Shown: positions 1 through 8,900 of the stretch, piece after piece
Position numbering within the stretch: the first letter of the stretch is position 1
Layout: each line of letters starts with the position of its first letter
NCBI GenBank assembly: GCA_039795775.1
Contig: JBDKLC010000006.1
Coordinates: 3,772 to 67,771, forward strand
DNA length: 64,000 nt
Direction: 5' to 3'
Origin: Candidatus Parcubacteria bacterium
GTDB lineage: Bacteria; Patescibacteriota; Minisyncoccia; Phycocordibacterales; CAIZLB01
The notes under the pieces: model-generated
What the model was told of the DNA's origin: nothing
Databases searched by the model: none
What the model saw: only the letters and a program-made list of their open reading frames with translations
Program-made: the position numbers and the translations under genes

Positions 1-225
1 AATCGCTTCAATACATTCTTCATTCAAATACAACTTTTTTGGATTAAGCTTTTGAATATGTGGGATGGAGAAATGATCACCGTGAATATGAGATACCAGC
101 ATCGCATCAACAGAAACACCGTCGAGCTTTTCACTAGGTGTATAACTTCCAACATCAACAGCAAGCTTATACCCTGCGTTTGTTTCGATAATGAAAGCTG
201 ATTGTTCGAGTTGTGTGATTTTCAT
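1..225 (-). CDS. MBL-fold metallo-hydrolase, N-terminal part only (gene continues beyond window start)
   Basis: Minus-strand translation from ATG near 225 reads MKITQLEQSAFIIETNAGYKLAVDVGSYTPSEKLDGVSVDAMLVSHIHGDHFS. The HxHxDH motif is typical of the metallo-beta-lactamase fold. The ORF runs off the window edge. Confidence 0.5.
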   Translation of the reverse strand, partial: MKITQLEQSAFIIETNAGYKLAVDVGSYTPSEKLDGVSVDAMLVSHIHGDHFSIPHIQKLNPKKLYLNEECIEAI

Positions 226-246
226 ATTTAAATACTATCATTTGTT

Positions 247-1515
247 ATGGGTAGTGCGCTAGCCTCACTATTGATTTATTCAATATTTTGTGGTATTGTC
301 TGTTCCGAACCCCTAGACCTTTTTAATCCACATATGTATACCTATCCTCTACTTCAGAGAGTCTTTGAACTCTACGAGGAGGTAGAGCTCGGTAACGTGC
401 TCCTCCTCTCCTGTCAGCATCTCCTGGAACCGCAACTCCAGATGTATCGTCACCTTCTTTCTCTTGGGCTCAAACCCGAGAACTGCGTGATTGTCGGTAA
501 GAACTACTCGACGAACACGGAAGTGATGCAAGAACTTGTCGCTGCGGGCTGCGTCGTTGCTCCCTTCAGTGATACGTTTGAAGCACTACAATCATTCGAC
601 GACTGGTTTAATCAAAAGCTTATGTCATTTGTGCGAGAAGAAATTCTCAAACGACCGATGAAAAGCTACAGCAAAATCATTATTCTCGACGACGGCGGCT
701 TTATGCACCTTGTCGTGAACGAACTTTGCCCGAACTTCACCAATATCGTTGGTATCGAACAGACGTCATCTGGACATCATCGCATCACCAAAGCAGGTGT
801 TCACTTTCCTGTCATTTCGGTCGCACGATCCTATCACAAGCTGCATTATGAGTCGCCGTATATCGCCCGCAATGGCGAACAGCGACTGCTCGATCGCATT
901 CAAAGACAGGGATTGAAAAACCCTCGTGTCTTAGTCTTTGGTCTTGGCGCCATCGGTCGGCAGATTGCTGGTCGATTGCTCTTAGTTGAGCAGTTTGAAG
1001 GATACGTCACTGATCCCAACATAGAGCGTATTCGTTCTGGAGTTGGTGACGTTGCAAACAGAGGTGTCTTCGACCTCCTAGAGAAAGATCATTATCTTCC
1101 TCATGGCGAACTACTTCAACGGATCGGGGACTTCAATCTTCTGATTGGTTGCACCGGTTCATCTGTCCTTCACTCAAGCGACATAGATGCGCTTCATCCA
1201 GAAGCAATGCTGATTAGCATGTCATCGTCTGACAGAGAGTTTCCTTCACAAGCATTTCGGTGCCAAGGCGGAACTGTCCATCAAGACTATATCAATGTCG
1301 GTCGAACTCTGATTAACGCTGGCTTTCCCATCACCTTCGATGGAAAAGGACATGCCATGCCACCAGAGCAGATCGAACTCACTATTTCGCTTCTCATGAT
1401 TCGACTCCTTCAAGAGGTTTCGGATGCTCGTCTTCATTTGCCTTCTGTCGTGAGTCAAATTCACGCACTCTGGCAACCGGATACGGATTCACACATGTGG
1501 AGCATTAACACTTAA
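247..1515 (+). CDS. Divergent S-adenosyl-L-homocysteine hydrolase (SAHH)-fold NAD-binding protein
   Basis: Aligns by eye to SAHH blocks. LLLSCQHLLEPQLQMY...GCVVAPF matches IAGCLHMTIQTAVLIETL...GIPVFAW. GIEQTSSGHHRI matches GVSEETTTGVHRL, and FPVISV matches FPAINV. A Rossmann motif VFGLGAIGRQIAG stands in the GYGDVGKG position. GC (about 50%) is higher than the surrounding DNA. Catalytic residues could not be verified. Confidence 0.5.
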   Translation: MGSALASLLIYSIFCGIVCSEPLDLFNPHMYTYPLLQRVFELYEEVELGNVLLLSCQHLLEPQLQMYRHLLSLGLKPENCVIVGKNYSTNTEVMQELVAAGCVVAPFSDTFEALQSFDDWFNQKLMSFVREEILKRPMKSYSKIIILDDGGFMHLVVNELCPNFTNIVGIEQTSSGHHRITKAGVHFPVISVARSYHKLHYESPYIARNGEQRLLDRIQRQGLKNPRVLVFGLGAIGRQIAGRLLLVEQFEGYVTDPNIERIRSGVGDVANRGVFDLLEKDHYLPHGELLQRIGDFNLLIGCTGSSVLHSSDIDALHPEAMLISMSSSDREFPSQAFRCQGGTVHQDYINVGRTLINAGFPITFDGKGHAMPPEQIELTISLLMIRLLQEVSDARLHLPSVVSQIHALWQPDTDSHMWSINT

Positions 1516-1550
1516 CAGCCCCGATTGAAACGGCTTTCAAATAGTTTCAG

Positions 1551-1582
1551 TCCGCGTAGCAATGCTACGCGGATTTTTGTTT
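1551..1582 (+). terminator. Rho-independent terminator (hairpin ccgcgtagca/tgctacgcgg followed by a T-tract)
   Basis: A perfect 10-bp stem, then tttttgttt, immediately after the stop of the 247..1515 gene. Confidence 0.5.
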
Positions 1583-2045
1583 ATGAAATAAGAGGCAACC
1601 AGTCTTCTTGTCTTGAACAAGTAGCATTAAAAGATTCAATTGCTTGCATGCGTATTTCTTTATCTTGAACTTGATTGAGAGTAACTCCCGCTTGTTCAAA
1701 TCTATGCCGAGATAGTTGCGACGCATGCGGATCAGACGCGGCATATACGACATGCTTAACACCAGCTAGAATGAGATTGGTTGTACAGTCCCCCATCTTT
1801 TCCCCTTTGCCTCCTGGAGTCCGAGATCCACACGGTTCTACTGTTGTATACACGATATCGTCTTTTTGAATACTGTCACCAACTTTTTGAAGGAGTGCAT
1901 ATTCAGCATGAACACTATCATTAGTACTTACAGCTTCCCCAAGAATATAGCTGTCTCTCACAAGACATGCTGCTACTACTCCGTTTTTGTCGTCGGAGGT
2001 TTCGATGAGAGAAAATAACCGTGTGAATATTTCTTGTTCAGTCAT
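1581..2045 (-). CDS. Cytidine/deoxycytidylate deaminase family protein (RibD-like deaminase domain)
   Basis: Zinc-binding motifs HAEYALL and VEPCGSRTP...C (H-A-E ... EPC...RTP..C) are characteristic of the CDA fold. Confidence 0.55.
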   Translation of the reverse strand: MTEQEIFTRLFSLIETSDDKNGVVAACLVRDSYILGEAVSTNDSVHAEYALLQKVGDSIQKDDIVYTTVEPCGSRTPGGKGEKMGDCTTNLILAGVKHVVYAASDPHASQLSRHRFEQAGVTLNQVQDKEIRMQAIESFNATCSRQEDWLPLIS

Positions 2046-2059
2046 AAAAGCCTTTATAC

Positions 2060-2395
2060 TTAGAATAACTTTCCTCCAATCATAGGCTCCCCCTTATCTG
2101 GTGTGATTAAAATAACTTTACCATCTGCGTCGGGAACGCCGAGCGTGAGTACTTCCGATTCGAAAGGACCAACTCGTCGTGGAGGAAAATTGACTACACC
2201 AAGCACGAGTTTGCCCACGAGCTCTTCTTTTGTATACAGAGCTACTATTTGAACTGAAGAATTCTTAATTCCAATCTCCGGACCAAAATCAATCTTCAAT
2301 TTGTATGCCGGTTTCTTTGCTTCAGGAAAATCGTTTACTTCAATAACCTTTCCTGTTCTTATGTCTAATTTCAAAAAGTCTTCAATGGTTGCCAT
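2060..2395 (-). CDS. tRNA-binding domain protein (CsaA/Trbp111/EMAP-like)
   Basis: An 111-aa protein carrying the typical signature DIRTGKVIEV...KPAYKLKIDFG...VQIVA...LVGKLV. Confidence 0.65.
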   Translation of the reverse strand: MATIEDFLKLDIRTGKVIEVNDFPEAKKPAYKLKIDFGPEIGIKNSSVQIVALYTKEELVGKLVLGVVNFPPRRVGPFESEVLTLGVPDADGKVILITPDKGEPMIGGKLF

Positions 2396-2410
2396 ATGTG
2401 TGTTAATTAA

Positions 2411-3184
2411 TTATATATTCTTTCTACAAACAAAAATAAAGCTCGCCGGGACTTTTTCAGCTTTCTGAAAAGAGTAGTATTTTGAAGGGTCATCATGGCC
2501 ACGGCTCATATTCTTTGGGGCTGGCTCATGATAAGCAATGATATCAAATCCAGCATTTCGGAGAAGTTGAAACCACGTTGATGTCTTTCTGTATGTTATA
2601 TGAACAGTCGTTCCCTCTTTTTTCCAATCTTTTCGCACAAGTGGAGTTTCATCATGATACGCATGTGCGACAACATATTTTCCTTCTTCATAACTAACAT
2701 CTGTAAACAGACTGTGGTCCCAACTCCAAATGAATAACCCACCTTTATGTAGATATGAAGCGATATGTCTCAGTGTTGTTTCTGGGTCAGAAGTCCATCC
2801 AAGTGCATACACCGAGAACACAAGATCAACTGTTGGAATAGTTAATTTATCTTCCATTCTTCCTTTTATGAGATGCACTCTACCCTCTTCAATCTCTTTT
2901 TTATTAAAGCGCTCAGCTTCTTTGAGCTGAACTGAAGAAATATCTACACCGTATACAGCACGTGCGCCGTTGTCTGTAAGGTATTTAATAGACCGTCCAC
3001 TTCCGCAACCCACTTCGAGAAAGGTTTTACCCTTTATTTCAGGGATAAGATTGAGGTCATCTCCGATACCAAATGGTCCCCACACCGGCAGAGCGCTTGC
3101 TTCAGTAAAGTGATCGGCTACCGCATCCCATGTTTTTTCGTTTTCTGAGGTGATATTTTGCATAGGTAAATTATAGTACCGCAT
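2411..3184 (-). CDS. Class I SAM-dependent methyltransferase
   Basis: Motif I LEVGCGSGRS, followed by a conserved acidic residue and a motif II-like VDLVFS. Confidence 0.7.
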   Translation of the reverse strand: MRYYNLPMQNITSENEKTWDAVADHFTEASALPVWGPFGIGDDLNLIPEIKGKTFLEVGCGSGRSIKYLTDNGARAVYGVDISSVQLKEAERFNKKEIEEGRVHLIKGRMEDKLTIPTVDLVFSVYALGWTSDPETTLRHIASYLHKGGLFIWSWDHSLFTDVSYEEGKYVVAHAYHDETPLVRKDWKKEGTTVHITYRKTSTWFQLLRNAGFDIIAYHEPAPKNMSRGHDDPSKYYSFQKAEKVPASFIFVCRKNI

Positions 3185-3759
3185 TAAATCATATCTGCGA
3201 TATCTAATTCCATCATTTTTATAATCTCTTCAAAAAGGAGTGGAAACTCTGTATATCCTGCAGCAGTATTCAAATGTCTCCCTTGTGCAATTGTGATTAA
3301 TTCAGCTCCAAGATAATCTCGCATTTCTTCAGCTTGAGCATAGGGTACGTGCTGATCATTATCAGAGCTTATTGCAACAAGTTTTTTTACAGATTTTTTT
3401 ATCTTTTCTTTATCAAGAGGAATTTGTGTAAATTCATCTAATTCTGAAAAATGTATTGGACTAATAAAACCAGCAACAAGTACAGCACCCCCTACTTTTA
3501 TATCATCAGGAAGTGTTTCAATATAATGAAGGATAGTACTACACCCCAAACTATGACCTACGAAATAAGTATCTTCATTAGGATCTTTTACTATAGATTG
3601 CATATAAGAAACCCACTCTGCCTTCTGTGGTGTATCTGTATGCGGCATAGCTGGAACAACTACATCAATAGTATGTTTTTCGAGCTGCATTTTGAGCCAT
3701 GGGAACCAGTTGCTGTCTGGATGACCTCCATACCCATGAACGATATAGACTTTTTTCAT
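3184..3759 (-). CDS. Alpha/beta-hydrolase fold serine hydrolase (YdeN/RBBP9-like)
   Basis: A 191-aa protein. Nucleophile elbow GHSLG, N-terminal VYIVHGYGG, and a family-typical length. Confidence 0.6.
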   Translation of the reverse strand: MKKVYIVHGYGGHPDSNWFPWLKMQLEKHTIDVVVPAMPHTDTPQKAEWVSYMQSIVKDPNEDTYFVGHSLGCSTILHYIETLPDDIKVGGAVLVAGFISPIHFSELDEFTQIPLDKEKIKKSVKKLVAISSDNDQHVPYAQAEEMRDYLGAELITIAQGRHLNTAAGYTEFPLLFEEIIKMMELDIADMI

Positions 3760-3794
3760 GAGTAGATTATATCAAATCTGAGAACCCTCTCGCT

Positions 3795-5312
3795 TTATTC
3801 TGCCTTTTGTTTTTCTATAGCCTTATCCACTTCATCCAAATCACTCTCAATTGCCTCTTTAATTTCTTTTTCTTCCTTTGATAGAGTACGAGTATGTCGA
3901 GTACGTTGTAATATCTCGAGATGCTTTTCAAGTCGTTTTTTCAATGAGATAAGTACTTTTGTTGTATCTCCTTTCACCAACGCATTACGTGTTATAAATT
4001 TGTTTCGAAGCTTCGTATAGTGACGTCCGAGTTTGAATGCACCCAGTATCAATATTATAAGTCCACATACCGTTATGATCGCAAAGTAGATGGCAGGGAT
4101 ACTGAATGACCCAACAGTAATGAGTAGTGGTTGTTCAGATGAAGTAGTTGGCTGTACTGGTTCTGGCAAGCGATTCACCATAGGTGATACATTGAAAGTT
4201 CCGAGAGCATCGACACTATTACCAGCACGATCGAACGCGAGCAATTTTACGGTATTGTCACCAACAGTATTTACTTCAATACTGTACTTCCCGTTTACAA
4301 ATTCTGAAGAAGGAACCTGCTTCATCAATACATCATTGACGAATATTTCATAGTGATCCAATCCAGAAGTTTCGTCTACGATATCAGAGTCAATATTCAA
4401 CACTCTCTTTTGTTCATCATAAGAAAATGTGACGTCATTCTTTTGTGGAACAATACTATCTATTCGAGCAATGTATGTACTTGTTGGACCCCACACCCCA
4501 TCTTTACGTGCTCGAACTTTGAAATACCATGTTCCATCTTTCAAATCCTGAACTGATTTTTGATTTATAGCTGGACTATACGCTACTCGAGGTGACCCAG
4601 ACGTATTATTATCAATACCCGTTTGTACTGCGTCTACTCCTGTCGGTACTTTCCATCTAAACAAAGGATTGTTATCTTTGTACCATAATTCCTGAGAAGG
4701 ATGCGTTGGTGATGTAATTTGCAAAGATGCAGTTGAAAGAGCTGATGATGGAGCAGGAGTTGGTGCTGGAGTTGGAGTTGGAATAACAGGAACTGCAGGC
4801 TCCTCCTTCTTATCAATAGCTATTGTTTTACCTCTTTTACTTGTAAGAACGTCAGTACCTAGGCCGTCATTTGCTCGAATAGCTGCATCTGAAAAAATAA
4901 GATCAGCTTTACCTGGAGCCTTAGCTTTTACAACAATAGATAACGCTGTGCCGTTTGAACCTGTGAATCCAGGAGTTGGAACGCCCCCATTGAAGGTAAT
5001 AACGCCTGTTAAATTTGAATATGATGGTTCTTCTACCCACAAAGAAAATACCGAACTACCTTTGCTTACAGAAACTACTTCTAACAAATCTTTTGGGAAG
5101 ATGATTTTTGCTTCTGCGTTGTTTATTGCAACACCTTCTGAATTTATCACCACAGACAAAGTCATAATGCTTCCAGGTGACAATGTAGCAGCATTTGAAT
5201 TGATCTGCATTGTCGCAGCATCAGCACTACTGTATCCAAAACAGAATATAAGAACAGCGAGTAGAGTTATGAGATGTGCTATTTTATTTTTTATCATTTT
5301 TTTTAAGTCCAT
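3795..5312 (-). CDS. Membrane-anchored cohesin-domain protein with FN3/Ig-like middle region, Pro/Thr linker, C-terminal TM helix and coiled-coil tail
   Basis: An N-terminal signal peptide. The domain ATMQINSNAATLSPGSIMTLSVVINSEGVAINNAEAKIIFPKDLLEVVSV...ALSIVVKAKAPGKADLIFSD matches the type-I cohesin pattern (PGDTVRIPVRF...VLEIIEIEPG...ATIVAKVKEGAPNGLSVIKF). A PTPTPAPTPAP linker and a C-terminal hydrophobic helix LITVGSFSIPAIYFAIITVCGLIILILGAF are present. The start overlaps the upstream gene, consistent with translational coupling. Confidence 0.55.
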   Translation of the reverse strand: MDLKKMIKNKIAHLITLLAVLIFCFGYSSADAATMQINSNAATLSPGSIMTLSVVINSEGVAINNAEAKIIFPKDLLEVVSVSKGSSVFSLWVEEPSYSNLTGVITFNGGVPTPGFTGSNGTALSIVVKAKAPGKADLIFSDAAIRANDGLGTDVLTSKRGKTIAIDKKEEPAVPVIPTPTPAPTPAPSSALSTASLQITSPTHPSQELWYKDNNPLFRWKVPTGVDAVQTGIDNNTSGSPRVAYSPAINQKSVQDLKDGTWYFKVRARKDGVWGPTSTYIARIDSIVPQKNDVTFSYDEQKRVLNIDSDIVDETSGLDHYEIFVNDVLMKQVPSSEFVNGKYSIEVNTVGDNTVKLLAFDRAGNSVDALGTFNVSPMVNRLPEPVQPTTSSEQPLLITVGSFSIPAIYFAIITVCGLIILILGAFKLGRHYTKLRNKFITRNALVKGDTTKVLISLKKRLEKHLEILQRTRHTRTLSKEEKEIKEAIESDLDEVDKAIEKQKAE

Positions 5313-5913
5313 ACTTCAAAATAAGTGCGAGAAGAACAACGACTAATGAAATAATTATAGCATAATTATTTTTACTAGAATTAACTGGAACTGTATTTAT
5401 TTGCTTTTGTTGATTTTGTTTATCTTTGTCGATAGTAATATCGAGAGATTTTGAAGAAACAACTTCTTTTGTCCCTTTTCCATCGTTGAGATATGCGCTG
5501 CCATTTATATATGAAAGAGTAAGAGGGCCAGAAACCGTTGGAGAAAGACGAAGTCTAAAAAGGAGTCCTTCTTTGTCAAAACCTCCGGGCACTCCTCCCG
5601 CAAAACTAATAGATCTTTTTTCTGCATCGTACTGTGGAGGAGTTGGCCACATTGGCAAAACTGATTGGCCATTTTCTATCTGAACTGACACATTGTCTGA
5701 TGCTGCTCCGGAAAGTTGTATTTCACCATCAACAACGTTCAGTCTCTTTGATTGTGGGTCAATACGAATTTCAACAATTGTCGCTGGATCATTTGCATTT
5801 ACGTTTTGAACCTCATGAAAGGTTAACTCAGCAGCAATTATACTCTGTGGAATGCAGATAAAGCACAGTACTAAGATACCGCTAATAAAATAATTTGAAC
5901 GTACGTTGGACAT
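5284..5913 (-). CDS. Small membrane-anchored cohesin-like protein (signal peptide, beta-sandwich domain, C-terminal TM helix)
   Basis: Signal peptide, then SISFAGGVPGGF...LLFRLRLSPTVSGPLTLSYINGSAYLNDG. This resembles the paralog at 3795..5312 (ITFNGGVPTPGF) and cohesin C-terminal strands. A C-terminal TM segment AIIISLVVVLLALIL is present. The start lies 3 nt after the stop of the giant gene. Confidence 0.45.
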   Translation of the reverse strand: MSNVRSNYFISGILVLCFICIPQSIIAAELTFHEVQNVNANDPATIVEIRIDPQSKRLNVVDGEIQLSGAASDNVSVQIENGQSVLPMWPTPPQYDAEKRSISFAGGVPGGFDKEGLLFRLRLSPTVSGPLTLSYINGSAYLNDGKGTKEVVSSKSLDITIDKDKQNQQKQINTVPVNSSKNNYAIIISLVVVLLALILKYGLKKNDKK

Positions 5914-5915
5914 TG

Positions 5916-8900
5916 TTATTGTTTTTTAAATGCAATTGGAGTCTTCCCCCACTGGTAAAGCAAAATCGAGAAGTCTACTGAATCAACCTTTCCATCACGG
6001 TTTATATCAACACCCTGATTTTTGAATGGTGCAGAAGTTTTCCAGAATGCGAGCATTATAGAGAAATCAACTGAGTTTACCTTACAATCACCATTCAAGT
6101 CAGCTCCAGTAATCGCACATTTCATACCGGTTGGAATTGGTATTGATACTGGTGCTGGAGATGATCCGCCTCCTCCCCCGCCACCACTTCCTCCTGTGCC
6201 ACCTGTTGGTGGAGTAACTGGAGTAGTTGTAACAGCGGTGAATGATTGATTCGCTGAAGAAGAATCTGAACCGAAGAGTACCTTGAAGTGGAAGTAGTAA
6301 TTACCCGCAACAGGCACAGTTGAATTGAGTGTTGTATCGAAGTTTGCACCTGGCTGAATTAATTTTGCTGCTGTTGAACTAAAGATATCATCACCACCTC
6401 CACATTCATTTGATGAAGAATCAGTCACGCACCATGTATATTGATATTCATACGCAATAGAACCTTCGTTTGTTATTCGTACGTTTGTTGAAATTGTCGG
6501 AACAACAAGACTAGAGAAGCTCTGAATCAAAACTTGTGCAGGTGCACCTGGTGTGGCACTTACTATAGATGAAGCTGTACTTGTTCCAATAACATTCTTT
6601 GCACTAATTCTAAAGTCATATGAATTATCATTTGAGAGACTTGTGACTGTTGTTGCAGGAGTTGTTCCTACACCATCATTAAATACAGCCCATGTGCCTC
6701 CCGATGATAATTTGTATTCAATAACATAATCTGTAAGTGCTGAGCCTCCATTTGATATTGGTGCAGTCCACGAAAGATCTATACTGCTGTCTTGTACTGT
6801 TGCAGCAAGGTTTGTTGGTGCGCCTGGAATAGTCGCTGGTGTGACGCCACCACTTGAACCTGAAGACACACTTGTTCCAAGTGCATTTGTTGCTGTCACT
6901 GTGAATGTATATGTTACGCCATTTGTAAGACCATTCATGACAATTGAGTTTGTCGAACTTGTTGCTGTAAAGCCACCTGTGTTTGATGTCACTGTGTAGT
7001 ACTGAATCGCTGATCCATTTGAAGCTGGTACTGACCATGTCACACCGGCACTTTGATCACCAATTGTTGCGGCTACGTTTGTCGGCGCATCAGGTACAGT
7101 GGCTGGTGTTACTGAGTTTGAAACCACAGACGCTGTACTTGTACCAAGTGCGTTTGTTGCTGTCACTGTAAATGTATATGCCTGGCCATTTGTAAGACCA
7201 GTCACAGTTATTGGTGAACTTCCTCCTGATGCAGTGAAGCCACCAGTGTTTGAAGTCACGGTATATGAAGTGATCGCAGAACCTCCGTTTGAAACTGGTG
7301 GTGTAAATGTAATTGTTGCTTGGCCGTTTCCGCTCACGGCTGTGACACTTGTTGGCGCATCAGGCGCTGTAGCTGGTGTCACTGAGTTTGATGCCACAGA
7401 GGCTGTACTTGTTCCAAGTGCATTTGTTGCTGTTACTGTAAAGGTGTATGTTGTTCCATTACTAAGTCCACTTACAATCGCACTTGAAGTTGTTGTTGTA
7501 GCGATAAATCCACCAGTATTTGATGAAATAGTGTAAAGAGTGATCGCAGAACCTCCATTTGAAACTGGTGCTGTAAATGAAATTGTTGCTTGACCATTTC
7601 CTGAGACAGCTGTTACCGATGTTGGAGCATCAGGCACGGTGGCTGGTGTTACTGAGTTTGATGCCACTGAGGCACTACTTGTTCCCACAGCGTTTGTTGC
7701 AGTAACAGAGAAAATATATGCTGTACCATTTGAAAGTCCTGTAATTGTGATTGGAGAGTTACCACCAGACACACTAAAGTTTCCAATATTTGAATTCACT
7801 GTGTAGTACAAAATAGTTGATCCACCATTTGATACTGGTGGTGTAAATGTAATTGTTGCTTGGCCGTTTCCTGAGACAGCACTTACAGATGTTGGAGCAT
7901 CAGGCACTGTCGCTGGTGTCACAGAATTTGAAGTTCCAGATACTGTACTTGTTCCCACAGCGTTTGAAGCTGTCACAGTAAATGTATATGTTGTGCCATT
8001 ACTAAGTCCTGTAATAGTGATTGGTGAATTTCCACCTGTTGCAGTGAAGCCACCAGTGTTTGATGTCACTGTGTAATACGTAATTGCAGAACCTCCGTTT
8101 GAAACTGGAGCTGTAAATGAAATTGTTGCTTGGCCATTACCACTCACGGCTGTGACACTTGTTGGTGCATCAGGAACAGTGGCTGGTGTTACAGAATTTG
8201 AAGTTGCAGATGGTGTACTTGTTCCCACACTGTTTGTCGCTGTAACAGTGAATGTATATGTTGTTCCGTTTGTAAGACCTGTGATTGTGATTGGTGAACT
8301 TCCGCCTGTCGCTGTAAATCCTCCGACATTTGATGTCACAGTATATGAGGTAATCGCTGAACCTCCATTTGATACTGGTGCATTGAACGTGATAGTTGCC
8401 TCCCCATTTCCACGCACAGCTGTAACACTTGTTGGTGCGTCAGGAACTGTGGCTGGTGTTACTGAGTTTGAAGCCGTTGAACTCGCACTTGTTCCCACCG
8501 CATTATTTGCTGTGACAGTAAATGTGTATGTTGTTCCATTTGAAAGTCCTGTCACAACAATCGGTGATGAACCTCCTGTTGCGGTAAAGCCTCCAATATT
8601 TGATGTCACCGTGTATGAAGTGATCGCTGCGCCTCCATTTGAAACAGGAGCAGTGAATGAAATTGTTGCTTCGCCGTTGCCTCGTACTGCACTTACACCT
8701 GTTGGTGCACCTGCAACAGTTGCTGGTGTTACTGAGTTTGAAGTTGCAGATTGAGTACTTGTTCCGTATGCATTACTTGCTGTGACAGTGAATGTGTATG
8801 TTGTTCCGTTTGTAAGTCCAGTGATTGTGATTGGTGACGAACCGCCTGTTGCTGTAAAGCCACCTGTGTTTGAAGTCACTGTGTAATATGTAATGGCTGA

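Noticed and set aside
3451-3765. 104-aa plus-strand ORF inside the alpha/beta-hydrolase gene, and similar small antisense ORFs throughout (for example 349..531, 2730..2930, 4090..4556)
   Set aside because: They are short, embedded antisense in well-supported genes, with low-complexity products.
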